Shown here: positions 37,457 through 47,181 of the stretch, in pieces
How the letters are laid out: each line of letters begins with the position of its first letter
Position numbering within the stretch: the first letter of the stretch is position 1
DNA from: Bacteriovoracia bacterium
GTDB lineage: Bacteria; Bdellovibrionota; UBA1018; JBFWNL01
DNA: 64,000 nucleotides
Reading direction: 5' to 3'
Assembly: GCA_050251055.1 (NCBI GenBank)
Contig: JBFWNL010000002.1
Span: forward strand, 320,001-384,000
Notes under the pieces: model-generated
Databases searched by the model: none
Told to the model about the DNA's origin: nothing
Seen by the model: only the letters and a program-made list of their open reading frames with translations
Made by a program: the position numbers and the translations under genes

Positions 37457-38256
37457 GCATCCGCTTTGAAGGTGTCAGCAAGAGCTTCGGACCCAAGCAC
37501 GTCTTAAAAGACGTCAGCTTCGAAGTCGCCAAGGGTGAAATTCTCTTCATTCTGGGTAAGAGCGGGGTGGGCAAGTCGGTCACCCTTAAGCACATCATTG
37601 GCATGCTCAAACCGGACCGTGGCTCGGTGTGGGTCGACGGGGAGAACGTCACCGCGCTAGATTACGCCGGCCTCACGGAAATACGTCGCAAATGCGGGAT
37701 GGTGTTTCAGCATCCGGCGCTGCTGGACTCCCTAACCGTCTACCAAAACGTTTCCTTTGGCTTGCGCACGCCCCAGTATCGGATGACCTTGGATCGGCCC
37801 CAAACCGAGGCGGAAATACGCGCCATCGTGCTCGAGAAGCTGGGACTAGTGAACCTGGGCGCCGATATCCTGGACTTTTACCCGCCGGAAATTTCCTACG
37901 GCATGCAGAAGCGCGTATCGCTCGCCCGCACGCTCGCCCCCGGTCCCGACTTCCTCCTCTTCGACGAACCCACCACGGGCCTGGATCCGATCAGCACGAA
38001 CTCCGTAAACGAGCTGATCTTGGATCTATCGCGCAAACTGCAGGTCACCAGCGTGGTGGTGTCGCACGACATGGGCTGCGCGCTAAAGATCGCCGATCGC
38101 ATCCTCGTGCTCGACCAAGGGAAGATCCTCGCGGTCGGTACGGTGCCGGAGATCAAAGCCTCAAAAGAGCCACTGATTCAAGACTTCCTGTCCGAGATCC
38201 TCGAGATCATCAATGCCCAGGGCTCGCCCGAACCCGGGGGCGCAAGGAAAAGATGA
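37453..38256 (+). CDS. MlaF/Mkl-like ABC ATPase, copy 2 (degenerate signature ISYGM)
   Basis: GKSGVGKS, GMVFQHPALLDS, ISYGMQKR, FDEPTTGLDP, VSHD. Confidence 0.88.
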   Translation: MSIRFEGVSKSFGPKHVLKDVSFEVAKGEILFILGKSGVGKSVTLKHIIGMLKPDRGSVWVDGENVTALDYAGLTEIRRKCGMVFQHPALLDSLTVYQNVSFGLRTPQYRMTLDRPQTEAEIRAIVLEKLGLVNLGADILDFYPPEISYGMQKRVSLARTLAPGPDFLLFDEPTTGLDPISTNSVNELILDLSRKLQVTSVVVSHDMGCALKIADRILVLDQGKILAVGTVPEIKASKEPLIQDFLSEILEIINAQGSPEPGGARKR

Positions 38257-39065
38257 CGACGGTGATCCAGGCCCTGTTCAATCCGTTCGTGGACTTCATC
38301 CGTGAGCTCGGCGCGCTCGCCACCTTCGCGGCGAAGACCCTGCGTACGGCGTTCACGACCCGAGGAAATCTGCCGGCGGTCCTGGATCAGATCGCCTCGG
38401 TATCGTTCCGCTCGCTCTCGACGGTCGCCTTCGCGGGCGTTTTCGTGGGCGCGATCCTCGTGCTTCAGTACAACGTGATGCTTATCGAGTACGACGCGCA
38501 GGCATTCCTGGGCGGACTCAACACGTCATCGATCGTGCGCGAAATAGGGCCGCTCATCATTTCCTTCTTGCTCGCCGGAAAAGTCGGGGCCTACACGGCC
38601 GCCGAGCTGGGCACCATGCGCGTGACCGAACAAATCGACGCCATCGAATGCCTGGGCACCAACCCACTACAGTTCCTGGTCGTCCCCCGTTACATCGCCA
38701 TCCTGGTGTCGAGCGTGATCCTGCTCGCCATCGGCACCATGATCAGCATCCTGGGATCGATGGTGATTGCCGACGTGTTCTGCGGAATCAACACCCTGCA
38801 GTTCGCCCGCAGCGTGCCCCAGTTCACGTCGGGCTGGACGCTTTTTTCGGGTTTTTTCAAGTCGGCCGTCTACGGAACGATCGTCGCGACCGTCTCCTGC
38901 TACCGTGGCTACACCGCTACCGGCGGCGCCAAGGGCGTGGGTAAAGCGGTGACGCTTTCGGCCGTTTACATCAACTTCCTCATCGTCTTATCCAATTATG
39001 TGGCCAATAGCTTCCTGGAGATGGTAGCCGAGATCGGGCACGGGCTTTTCGGAGGGCTGGGCTGA
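38253..39065 (+). CDS. MlaE/YrbE-family permease, copy 1
   Basis: VREIGP, AAELGTMRVTEQIDA, GGAKGVGKA; ATGA coupling to the upstream ATPase. Confidence 0.9.
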   Translation: MTTVIQALFNPFVDFIRELGALATFAAKTLRTAFTTRGNLPAVLDQIASVSFRSLSTVAFAGVFVGAILVLQYNVMLIEYDAQAFLGGLNTSSIVREIGPLIISFLLAGKVGAYTAAELGTMRVTEQIDAIECLGTNPLQFLVVPRYIAILVSSVILLAIGTMISILGSMVIADVFCGINTLQFARSVPQFTSGWTLFSGFFKSAVYGTIVATVSCYRGYTATGGAKGVGKAVTLSAVYINFLIVLSNYVANSFLEMVAEIGHGLFGGLG

Positions 39066-39898
39066 TGTCGAGAGCTTCCGCGCAGTCCACCTCTACTTCA
39101 GCGTATTTAGAAAGATCCGCGCGTTTTTTTCATGCCGTGGGTGCCCCCGTACTGGAGAATTTGGAACTCGCCCGTGAACTCGCCCGTCTCCAGGTGGGCG
39201 TGCTGCGCATTTTCTTCGGATTCCGCTGGCGGTGGAAGGAAATCATCCAGGCCATGCAGAATATCGGCGTCGGCAGCCTCTGGATCGTCACCATCGCCAC
39301 CGCCTTCGCGGGTCTCGTCGTTACCAACGAGATCGCCTGGCATCTCAACCAAGCCCTCAACACGATCGCGATGATGCCAGGATTCACGGGCCAATTCATC
39401 ATGCGCGAGCTGGCGATCGCCATTCCGGCATTCTTGGTGATCTCTAAAGTGGGAGCCTCGATCACCGCCGAAGTAGGCAGCATGAAAGTCACCGAACAGA
39501 TCGACGCCTTGAAACTCCTGCGTATCGATCCCATCGCCTACCTGGTCTTTCCGCGGTGGCTCGCCTGCTCCATCTCCCTGGCCTGCCTGACCCTCATCGC
39601 GGTCGCCGTGACCCAGTTCTTCGCCATCGTGATGGCGGTGTCCAAGTACGGCTTTAACACGTTGGAGTACCTGAATAACTTCCGGCATTTCGTGAAGCTC
39701 ATCGATCTCGGCGGATGCGTGGTGAAAAGCTTGATTTACGGGGCGGTCATCCCCCTCATTTCCTGCGCCTACGGTTTCCGATGCAAAGGTGGCGCCCAAG
39801 GCGTTGGGAACGCCACCACTAACTCGGTCGTGACGTCCACGATCACGGTCATCGTGCTCGACTTTTTCCTGACGTATCTGTTTACGAAGCTATTGTAG
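39065..39898 (+). CDS. MlaE/YrbE-family permease, copy 2
   Basis: MRELA, TAEVGSMKVTEQIDAL, GGAQGVGNATTNSVV. Confidence 0.9.
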   Translation: MSRASAQSTSTSAYLERSARFFHAVGAPVLENLELARELARLQVGVLRIFFGFRWRWKEIIQAMQNIGVGSLWIVTIATAFAGLVVTNEIAWHLNQALNTIAMMPGFTGQFIMRELAIAIPAFLVISKVGASITAEVGSMKVTEQIDALKLLRIDPIAYLVFPRWLACSISLACLTLIAVAVTQFFAIVMAVSKYGFNTLEYLNNFRHFVKLIDLGGCVVKSLIYGAVIPLISCAYGFRCKGGAQGVGNATTNSVVTSTITVIVLDFFLTYLFTKLL

Positions 39899-39922
39899 GT
39901 AAAGTATTATGATGAGGCCCCT

Positions 39923-40759
39923 ATGAACCCGACTAAATTGACCAGCGAAGCTAAGGTAGGAATGCTCGTTTTTGGCGCGGCCGCCTTGGCCGTGCTCTTC
40001 GCGTGGATCATCGGGCTCAGCAACCCCTTCAAAAAATCCTTTCAGTTCTACGTGACGTACCGCTTCGCCGGCGGCATCGAGGTAGGCTCGCCCGTGCGCC
40101 TGTCCGGCATTAAAGTGGGCCGCGTGGAAGAGATCGACTTTTTCACCCCGGCGACCGGCGCCGCAGTTTCCCAGACGGAACCGGGTAGCGACCCCGGTGG
40201 CGCGGGTGAGCAAGTGACCCCCGTGCGGTTGCGGATCTCCATGCTGGAGAAGGCCGCCGTCGGCGTGCGCAAGGACAGCCGCTTCTACATCAACATGGCG
40301 GGGATCATCGGCGAGCGTTACCTGGAAATTACGCCCGGTACCTCGGGTGCCGGGCGCGTGGAGGCGGGCGACGTGGTGGTGGGCGTGGATCCCCCCCGCA
40401 TCGATCAGCTGATTTCCCAAAGTTTCGACCTGGCCGGGCGGCTGACCGATCTCGTGGAAAAGAACAAGGGCGACATCACCCGCTCCATCGACCTGCTCTA
40501 CAAACTTAGCGTGAACATCAACAACACCGTGACCGCCATCGACAAAAGTCACGTGTTCAAGTCCGATCTAGGCCAGCTCGTAAATAACCTGATCACGCTC
40601 ACCGGTGACGTCGGTAAGCTCACCAAGAAGTTCAACAGCCCCGAGCTCGACAAGACCTTGGACCTCATGCACCAGCTGCTCTGGCGGCTGGAGCCTCTGG
40701 ACGCGAAGACCATGCGCAAGTTCCTTCAAGAAGAAGGCATTCGTACCAAGATCTTCTAG
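39923..40759 (+). CDS. MCE-domain protein (MlaD-like) with helical tail
   Basis: EAKVG TM anchor; GIEVGSPVRLSGIKVGRV; GIIGERYLEITPG. Confidence 0.9.
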   Translation: MNPTKLTSEAKVGMLVFGAAALAVLFAWIIGLSNPFKKSFQFYVTYRFAGGIEVGSPVRLSGIKVGRVEEIDFFTPATGAAVSQTEPGSDPGGAGEQVTPVRLRISMLEKAAVGVRKDSRFYINMAGIIGERYLEITPGTSGAGRVEAGDVVVGVDPPRIDQLISQSFDLAGRLTDLVEKNKGDITRSIDLLYKLSVNINNTVTAIDKSHVFKSDLGQLVNNLITLTGDVGKLTKKFNSPELDKTLDLMHQLLWRLEPLDAKTMRKFLQEEGIRTKIF

Positions 40760-40773
40760 AAATACCCCGCTCC

Positions 40774-42111
40774 ATGAACACTGCAGAACTCCGCCATATT
40801 CTCCGCATCGCGGTCCCGGTAATTTTCGCCCAGGTCGGGCAAATCATGCTGGGCGTGGTGGATACGTTCATGCTCAAGGAGATCGGCACCATTCCCCAGG
40901 GTGGCGTCGGTGCCGGAAATTCCTTTTTTTGGACCACCTGTATCGTGGGTATCGGTATTCTCTATAGCCTCGACACCTTGATTTCCCAAGCCAAGGGCCG
41001 TGGCGATAGCCATGCTTGCCTCGAATACCTAGTGCAAGGGCTTTGGTTAGCGACCATCATCAGCGCGATCATGGTGCCGTTCGTGTTCTGGGTCATGCAC
41101 TACTACGACCTGGTGGGAACCACGCCCGACCTGCTTCCCTACATTAAGGAGTATCTCTCGATCACGGCTTGGAGCTGCCCGTTCATCTTTCTCTACATCG
41201 TATTCGCGCGCTATTGGCAGGCGCTCGAAAGCGTGATTCCCCTCGCGGTACTCATGCTCGCGGCGAATGTCTTTCACTATTACGCCAACCGGCTCTGCAT
41301 GCACGGCTACGATGGATGGTTCACCTTGCCGGCGATGGGGGCCCGGGGCGTCGCGATCGCGACCCTGGGAACTCGGGTCATGCTTTTGGTGGCCGTCGTA
41401 GCTTTCACGTTGTGGAAGTTTCGCGGGCGCTTCGGCGAGTGGAGAAGCGTCTCGTGGCGTCCTCACGGCTTGCACCTGCGCCGCCTACTGGCGCTGGGCC
41501 TTCCCTCGGGAGGACAGGTGGCGCTCGAAGTATATGCTTTCAGTGGAACCACCGCGCTCGCCACGCGCCTGGGCGCACAGGCAGCGGCTTCGCACCAGAT
41601 CGTGCTCACGATGGCGAGTTTCGCATTCATGTTCCCCATGGGACTTTCGGCCGCGGCGGCGATTCGCGTAGGCACGCTGCTCGGGCAGGGAGAACCCCAA
41701 CGGGCCAAGCGCGCGGGAAGTATCGCGATCTGGCTCTCCGTGCTGGTCATGAGCGTCAGTAGTCTCGCGATGTTCGGCTTTCCGCGAATTTTACTGGGCT
41801 GGTTCACCCAGGACGCCCAAGTGCTTGCGCTCGCTTCCCAGGTACTGATCTTCGCCGCGCTCTTCCAGATCTTCGACGGCGTCCAGGTCACCACCACCGG
41901 AGCGTTGAGAGGATTGGGTGATACGAAAACCGCGCTCTTCGCGAACTTCATCGGCTACTATCCCATTGGCCTCGCCGCCGGCGTCTTCCTGTGCTTCGGA
42001 CGGAACTTTGGACTCGTCGGCCTCTGGATGGGGCTCGCGCTCGGTCTCTGGGTGGTGGCAAGCCTGCTCACCTGGACCTGGATCCGCCGCCGCCCCCTGT
42101 TGATTACATAG
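40774..42111 (+). CDS. MATE-family efflux transporter (NorM-like)
   Basis: GVVDTFM, LDTLISQAKG, AASHQIVL, FQIFDGVQV, GALRGLGDT; about 12 TMs. Confidence 0.92.
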   Translation: MNTAELRHILRIAVPVIFAQVGQIMLGVVDTFMLKEIGTIPQGGVGAGNSFFWTTCIVGIGILYSLDTLISQAKGRGDSHACLEYLVQGLWLATIISAIMVPFVFWVMHYYDLVGTTPDLLPYIKEYLSITAWSCPFIFLYIVFARYWQALESVIPLAVLMLAANVFHYYANRLCMHGYDGWFTLPAMGARGVAIATLGTRVMLLVAVVAFTLWKFRGRFGEWRSVSWRPHGLHLRRLLALGLPSGGQVALEVYAFSGTTALATRLGAQAAASHQIVLTMASFAFMFPMGLSAAAAIRVGTLLGQGEPQRAKRAGSIAIWLSVLVMSVSSLAMFGFPRILLGWFTQDAQVLALASQVLIFAALFQIFDGVQVTTTGALRGLGDTKTALFANFIGYYPIGLAAGVFLCFGRNFGLVGLWMGLALGLWVVASLLTWTWIRRRPLLIT

Positions 42112-42195
42112 AGTAAACCAAGTAATAACAATAACTTGAAGATTTCACCCCCCCGGCTTCGCATTCAGTAACGCTATGTGTTATAGCGTCGAGCG

Positions 42196-43398
42196 ATGGG
42201 CAAGCGGGTTCTTCCAATTGGAGCAATCGTATCGAGAATTCTCCTCGCGCCGGCGCTCCTGATCACGCTCGCTGCGGGTTGCGACGAAGTGAGGACCGAT
42301 CTCGACGTCACCGCCGCGGGCGCGAGCTTGTTTCAAGTCGCGGAGGGTGTTCACGCGGTGGAGCTATCGGAGAAGGGCGTGCGTTTTGTAGGGACGCGGC
42401 GGAAAATCTCCTTGCCGAAACTAGCCCGGGCAATCGACACCGATCTCGACCAGCCCTTGAGGCTCACCGCCCAGGAGCTGGGCCAACCCTACGAACTGAA
42501 TTTTCACCGCGTCGTAGATCCCGATGCAGACTATGTACAAATGAAAGTGTGGTCGGACCAGAATCAACTGCTCGCCGAAGCTCGCCTGCCGTATACCGGC
42601 ACGGTCCCGCGCGGAGCCACCCGCTGGGAGCCTTCGCGACTCTCGTCGGGAACGAAAGCGGTGGCATTGGTCGCCCATGGATTGAACACATCTCCCCAGA
42701 AAATGTCGGCGATCACCGACTTCCTCACCGAGCGCGGAGTAAGTTGCCTTCGCGTCAGCCTTTCTGGTCACCATGGAGACTTCGGTGCCCGTGAAAAAAT
42801 CAACCGCGACGTGTGGCTCGCTGAAATGCGCGCCGCTTATCGGGAAGCCCGTATCAACGCCGATGGGCTGCAGGCTCCCCTTTATCTAGTGGGCTTCTCG
42901 CTCGGGGCGCTTTTGAACCTAGACTTAATGGAGAACGATCCGGCGGGTACGATCCGTTACGACAAGCTGGTGCTCTTCGCGCCAGCGATCCAGAACAAGT
43001 CTCCGGATGCCCTCATCGGTTTAGCGCATTTCTTGACGGGCGACGATGGTACCATTCCCAGCCTGAACCTACCGGAGTACCGAGCCAACTCCAGCACCGG
43101 GGTAACCATGTACGCGGCCACGATTGAATCGGAGAAGGCATTGAATAAGACCGGATTTTCTGCCGCGAACGTCCCCACTTTGGTTTTCATGGATTCCAAA
43201 GACGAACTCGTGAGCTACAAGAAAATCAAAAAGCTAGTGGCTTCACCGCAGCTCGACCAATGGCGGCTGGTCACGGTCACGAATCAAGGCTCCACTCTGC
43301 GAAAAAAATACCATCATCTGATCATCGACGCCGCCACCGTGGGAGACGCCCAATGGCAAGCGATGAAAGCGGCAATGGAAAATCACCTCGGAATTTAG
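42196..43398 (+). CDS. Alpha/beta hydrolase lipoprotein (esterase/lipase-like)
   Basis: Lipobox LAAG-C; AHGLN; GFSLG nucleophile elbow; DELV; YHHL. Confidence 0.82.
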   Translation: MGKRVLPIGAIVSRILLAPALLITLAAGCDEVRTDLDVTAAGASLFQVAEGVHAVELSEKGVRFVGTRRKISLPKLARAIDTDLDQPLRLTAQELGQPYELNFHRVVDPDADYVQMKVWSDQNQLLAEARLPYTGTVPRGATRWEPSRLSSGTKAVALVAHGLNTSPQKMSAITDFLTERGVSCLRVSLSGHHGDFGAREKINRDVWLAEMRAAYREARINADGLQAPLYLVGFSLGALLNLDLMENDPAGTIRYDKLVLFAPAIQNKSPDALIGLAHFLTGDDGTIPSLNLPEYRANSSTGVTMYAATIESEKALNKTGFSAANVPTLVFMDSKDELVSYKKIKKLVASPQLDQWRLVTVTNQGSTLRKKYHHLIIDAATVGDAQWQAMKAAMENHLGI

Positions 43399-43403
43399 TC
43401 CGG

Positions 43404-45191
43404 TCAAGGCACGTGGATCTGACGGAGTTCAGCCTCGTCTTGAACTCGGCGTGCTTCCGCCACCGCCGATCCGGCCGCTAACTCCTGGGCCAGCACCTGC
43501 GACAACATCGGCACCCAGGGAGCCCCATGATCTGCCCGCGCTAAAAACAACGGCAGGCGGCGGAAAAAGAAATCATCGAGATGCATCACCATTCCGTGAC
43601 GGACAAAGTATCTCAGCTGCCCGGCCAACTTGGGAAAACCGTCCGGGTCCGCGGGCGCGCTACAACCCGCCGGCAAAGGCTCCTTCGCCAGGCGCGCGAC
43701 TTCCATCGCTTCTGCGCCAAAACGCTCCCAGAGCTCGGGTTCCACCGAAATAGCCTGGGCGATCGCCTGGCGTTCCGCGGCGCGCCGCGATTCCGTCAGG
43801 GCGCGTGGATTCACCGGAACATCGGTTTTACTTGAACCCAAAGTCGAGGGGACCGGAGCACACCTACCGGCCGACTGATCTATGCGCCACGCTTGCAAGG
43901 TTTCATCGACGATTTCGGCCGCCATATTCCGATGGGTGGTGTATTTCCCGCCCGCAACGACGGTGACCCCACCGGGCCCGATGCCAATATAGTGCTCGCG
44001 GCTGACCTTCTGCAAAGACTTGGATCCACCCCCGCCTTTTTGGCCTTCGCTGCCCGAAGTGCTGGCTTGGGCGCTCATCAGCGGGCGAACCCCAACGTAG
44101 GTGCTCACGATGTCTTTCTCGGTGAGCTCCAAGCTCGGAAAGTAGCGCTGCAAGAGCTTCATGAGGTAATCGACATCCGCGCGCATCACCTCGGCCTTGT
44201 CGGGATTGCTCGAGGTCATGCCATCCGTCGTCCCGACGATGACCACGCCCGCGCCGAAGTCGGGACGGGGAATGACGAAAGAGATGCGACCATCTTCGGG
44301 ATGGCTCATTACCATCGCACCCGGAATGGGAATGCGCTTGAGATCGAAAACGAGGTGCACGCCCTTGCTGGGATTCAGCCATGGTTTCCACTGCGACGTG
44401 AGCAGCGGCCCCACCCGGTCCACCCATGGGCCCACGCAGACGACCGTGCGCGTGGCCCGAATGGCGATGTCGCCCTGGCCGGTTTCGTGATCGCGTACTT
44501 TGAATCCTTGGATCCGGTCGGCCTCGGGCCCATTCGGCGACGCCCAGATCGGCTCGATGGCTTCGACGTAATTGGCGATCGCCACTCCCCGTTCCGACGC
44601 CGATCGCAGCGTTTCGAGCACGAGGGCATCGTCCCACATGCTGGCGTCATAGTAGCGAAATCCGCCGCGCAGTCCTTCCGCTTTCAAGAACGGAATATCG
44701 TACAGTATCTTGTCCCGCGAGAGTCGCCGATGGAACCCGGGCGTACGAAAGAGCGCGAGGAGATCATAAAACCAAAGCCCTAGGGAAATGATGCTGGGGC
44801 CGTGCGGATCCCCCCGATAGACCGGCATGTAAAACGGGAGCGGCCGGACCATATGGGGCGCGGTCTTCAGCAGAAAAGAGCGTTCGGACAACGCTTCGAA
44901 GACCAAGCCAAACTCGAGGTTCTCGAGGTAACGAAGTCCCCCGTGAATCAGCTTCGAGCTACGGGACGACGTGCCGCCCGCGAAGTCACGCATCTCCACG
45001 AGCGCCACTTTCAGGCCGCGCGAAGCCGCGTCGCGCGCGGTCGCCGCGCCCGTGATGCCGCCGCCAATGACGAGTAGGTCGAATTTTTCGTTTTGGAAAC
45101 GCTCTAACGACCGCGCTCGGGTGCGGAACGAGAACTCCGCCAAAGGGGGGACGCCCAGCTGTAGGTCCTGCGATCCCGTGCCCACGGTCAT
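43404..45191 (-). CDS. glpD: FAD-dependent glycerol-3-phosphate dehydrogenase
   Basis: VIGGGITG, GTSSRSSKLIHGGLRYLE, YVGVRPL, GGKYTTHR. Confidence 0.93.
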   Translation of the reverse strand: MTVGTGSQDLQLGVPPLAEFSFRTRARSLERFQNEKFDLLVIGGGITGAATARDAASRGLKVALVEMRDFAGGTSSRSSKLIHGGLRYLENLEFGLVFEALSERSFLLKTAPHMVRPLPFYMPVYRGDPHGPSIISLGLWFYDLLALFRTPGFHRRLSRDKILYDIPFLKAEGLRGGFRYYDASMWDDALVLETLRSASERGVAIANYVEAIEPIWASPNGPEADRIQGFKVRDHETGQGDIAIRATRTVVCVGPWVDRVGPLLTSQWKPWLNPSKGVHLVFDLKRIPIPGAMVMSHPEDGRISFVIPRPDFGAGVVIVGTTDGMTSSNPDKAEVMRADVDYLMKLLQRYFPSLELTEKDIVSTYVGVRPLMSAQASTSGSEGQKGGGGSKSLQKVSREHYIGIGPGGVTVVAGGKYTTHRNMAAEIVDETLQAWRIDQSAGRCAPVPSTLGSSKTDVPVNPRALTESRRAAERQAIAQAISVEPELWERFGAEAMEVARLAKEPLPAGCSAPADPDGFPKLAGQLRYFVRHGMVMHLDDFFFRRLPLFLARADHGAPWVPMLSQVLAQELAAGSAVAEARRVQDEAELRQIHVP

Positions 45192-47047
45192 TCAGCCGTA
45201 CGGGTTTTTTCCAGGCTCTTCTGCGCGGCCGGGCTCAGGGCCACGCCAAGCTCCTCGAGCTGCGTCCGCGAAACCTCTGACGGCGACTCCGACATGAGAC
45301 AAGTCCCCTTCTGCGTCTTCGGGAAGGCCATTACATCGCGAATCGCGTCCACGCCGCAAAGCACGCCCGTGAGGCGATCCACGCCAAACGCGATGCCTCC
45401 ATGCGGAGGCGTGCCGTACTGGAGGGCTTCGAGGAAGAAGCCAAACTTATCCTTTGCTTCCTGCGGCGTAAGACCTAGGACTTTAAACATCGCGTCCTGC
45501 ACGTCGGAACGGTAAATACGGAGGCTGCCGCCCGCGATCTCCTGTCCGTTGAGCACCAAATCGTAGGCTGCCGCCTCGATGCCGTCGAGGTTCTTGTGCT
45601 TCATGAAGTCATCGAAGAACTCCGGCCTTGGAGACGTAAACGGATGGTGGCACGCGAAGTAACGGTTTTCCTTGTCGTCGAACTCGACGAGCGGAAAGCG
45701 ATTGACCCAGAGGAATGCGAACTTGTCGTGCGGGATTTGCTTCAAATGCTCGCCCATCCAGAGGCGCACGGCGCCCAAGGCGGAAAAAACGTGCTTATCC
45801 TTTGCGTCGGCCACGCAAAGGACGAGGTCGCCCGCCTTGAGCTTGAGCTTCGCGGCCAGCTGTTTTTTCTCGTCGTCGCTGAAGAACTTGGCCGCGGGCG
45901 ACTGCAACTCGCCGCCGGCTTGCACCTTCATCCAAAGCAAACCCTTGGCGCCGTGGCGCGTAGCATGCGCCGAAAGATCGTCGAGATCCTTGCGCGAGAA
46001 CTTCTCGGCTTCCCCGGGCACGACGATGCAGCGGATGGAGCCGGCCACGCCGCGCGCGTTTTTCTTCAAGGCTTGCTGGAAAACCTGGAAGCCGCTTTGG
46101 GCGAATATCGAAGTGATATCCTGCAGCTCAAGCCCGAAGCGCACATCGGGCTTGTCGCTGCCGAATCGGTTCATGGCTTCCGAATAAGGCATGATCGGAA
46201 ACGGACACGGGATGTCCACCCCGAGCACGCCCTTCCAGACCTTGGCCACCATGCCCTCCATCATCGGGAAAAGCACCTCTTCGTCGATGAACGAAGCCTC
46301 GATATCGATCTGCGTGAATTCGGGTTGGCGATCGGCGCGCAAATCTTCGTCGCGGAAGCAGCGGGCCACTTGATAGTAACGATCCATGCCACTCACCATG
46401 AGCAGCTGCTTCAGGGTCTGCGGCGACTGCGGGAGCGCATAGAAGGTTCCTTGGTTTAGGCGGGACGGCACGATGAAGTCGCGCGCGCCTTCGGGCGTTG
46501 ATTTATAAAGGATCGGGGTTTCGACCTCGACGAACTTGTTATCCGCCAGGTAGTTGCGCACGATCGAGAGCGCTTGGGAGCGCACCAAGAGGTTGCGCTG
46601 CAACGAAGGACGGCGCAGGTCGAGGTAGCGGTACTTCAATCGCATCATCTCGGCCACATCAACATCGTCCTCGATGGCGAACGGCGGCGTCTTCGCTTCG
46701 GAGAGAATTTCCACTTCCGTGCACGCGACTTCGATTTCGCCCGTGGGCATTTTCGGGTTCGTCATGCCCGCCGGACGCGCGCGCACCTTGCCCTTGCACC
46801 AGAGCACGAACTCCGAGCGCACGGCATCCGCCACTTTATGCGCATCCGCACCTCCGGCAATCGCCGGATCGAAAACAACTTGCGTGAGTCCGTAGCGATC
46901 TCGCAGATCCACGAAGATGACGCCGCCGTGGTCTCGGCGTTTGGACGCCCAACCACAGAGGACCACTTCTTGTCCCAGATCACTCTTTTTTAACTCACCA
47001 CAGGTATGCGAACGGACCCGTCGCTTCGCGCGCGTTTCAGAAGTCAT
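45188..47047 (-). CDS. aspS: Aspartyl-tRNA synthetase
   Basis: RSHTCG, RRDHGGVIFVDLRDRYG, DEDLRADRQPEFTQID, YGTPPHGGIAFGVDRL. Confidence 0.98.
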   Translation of the reverse strand: MTSETRAKRRVRSHTCGELKKSDLGQEVVLCGWASKRRDHGGVIFVDLRDRYGLTQVVFDPAIAGGADAHKVADAVRSEFVLWCKGKVRARPAGMTNPKMPTGEIEVACTEVEILSEAKTPPFAIEDDVDVAEMMRLKYRYLDLRRPSLQRNLLVRSQALSIVRNYLADNKFVEVETPILYKSTPEGARDFIVPSRLNQGTFYALPQSPQTLKQLLMVSGMDRYYQVARCFRDEDLRADRQPEFTQIDIEASFIDEEVLFPMMEGMVAKVWKGVLGVDIPCPFPIMPYSEAMNRFGSDKPDVRFGLELQDITSIFAQSGFQVFQQALKKNARGVAGSIRCIVVPGEAEKFSRKDLDDLSAHATRHGAKGLLWMKVQAGGELQSPAAKFFSDDEKKQLAAKLKLKAGDLVLCVADAKDKHVFSALGAVRLWMGEHLKQIPHDKFAFLWVNRFPLVEFDDKENRYFACHHPFTSPRPEFFDDFMKHKNLDGIEAAAYDLVLNGQEIAGGSLRIYRSDVQDAMFKVLGLTPQEAKDKFGFFLEALQYGTPPHGGIAFGVDRLTGVLCGVDAIRDVMAFPKTQKGTCLMSESPSEVSRTQLEELGVALSPAAQKSLEKTRTAE

Positions 47048-47108
47048 TTCAGCAAGTTAGCACACCTCCCCGATGGCGGGAAGGGAGGGGCAAAAAAAGT
47101 CATTGTAG

Positions 47109-47137
47109 TTGACTAAATTAGTTTGTTTTTATACATT
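47109..47137 (+). promoter_or_regulatory. Putative sigma-70 promoter
   Basis: TTGACT-17 nt-TACATT; overlapping palindrome ACTAAATTAGT. Confidence 0.55.
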
Positions 47138-47181
47138 CGGGGGCGCTGAAGCTGGGAGAAATCACGTAGAAAGGGCAGACC

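Noticed and set aside
37629-38252. Long N-terminal extension on the first permease
   Set aside because: Overlaps ATPase 2 in another frame; ATG 38253 gives a normal ATGA-coupled start.
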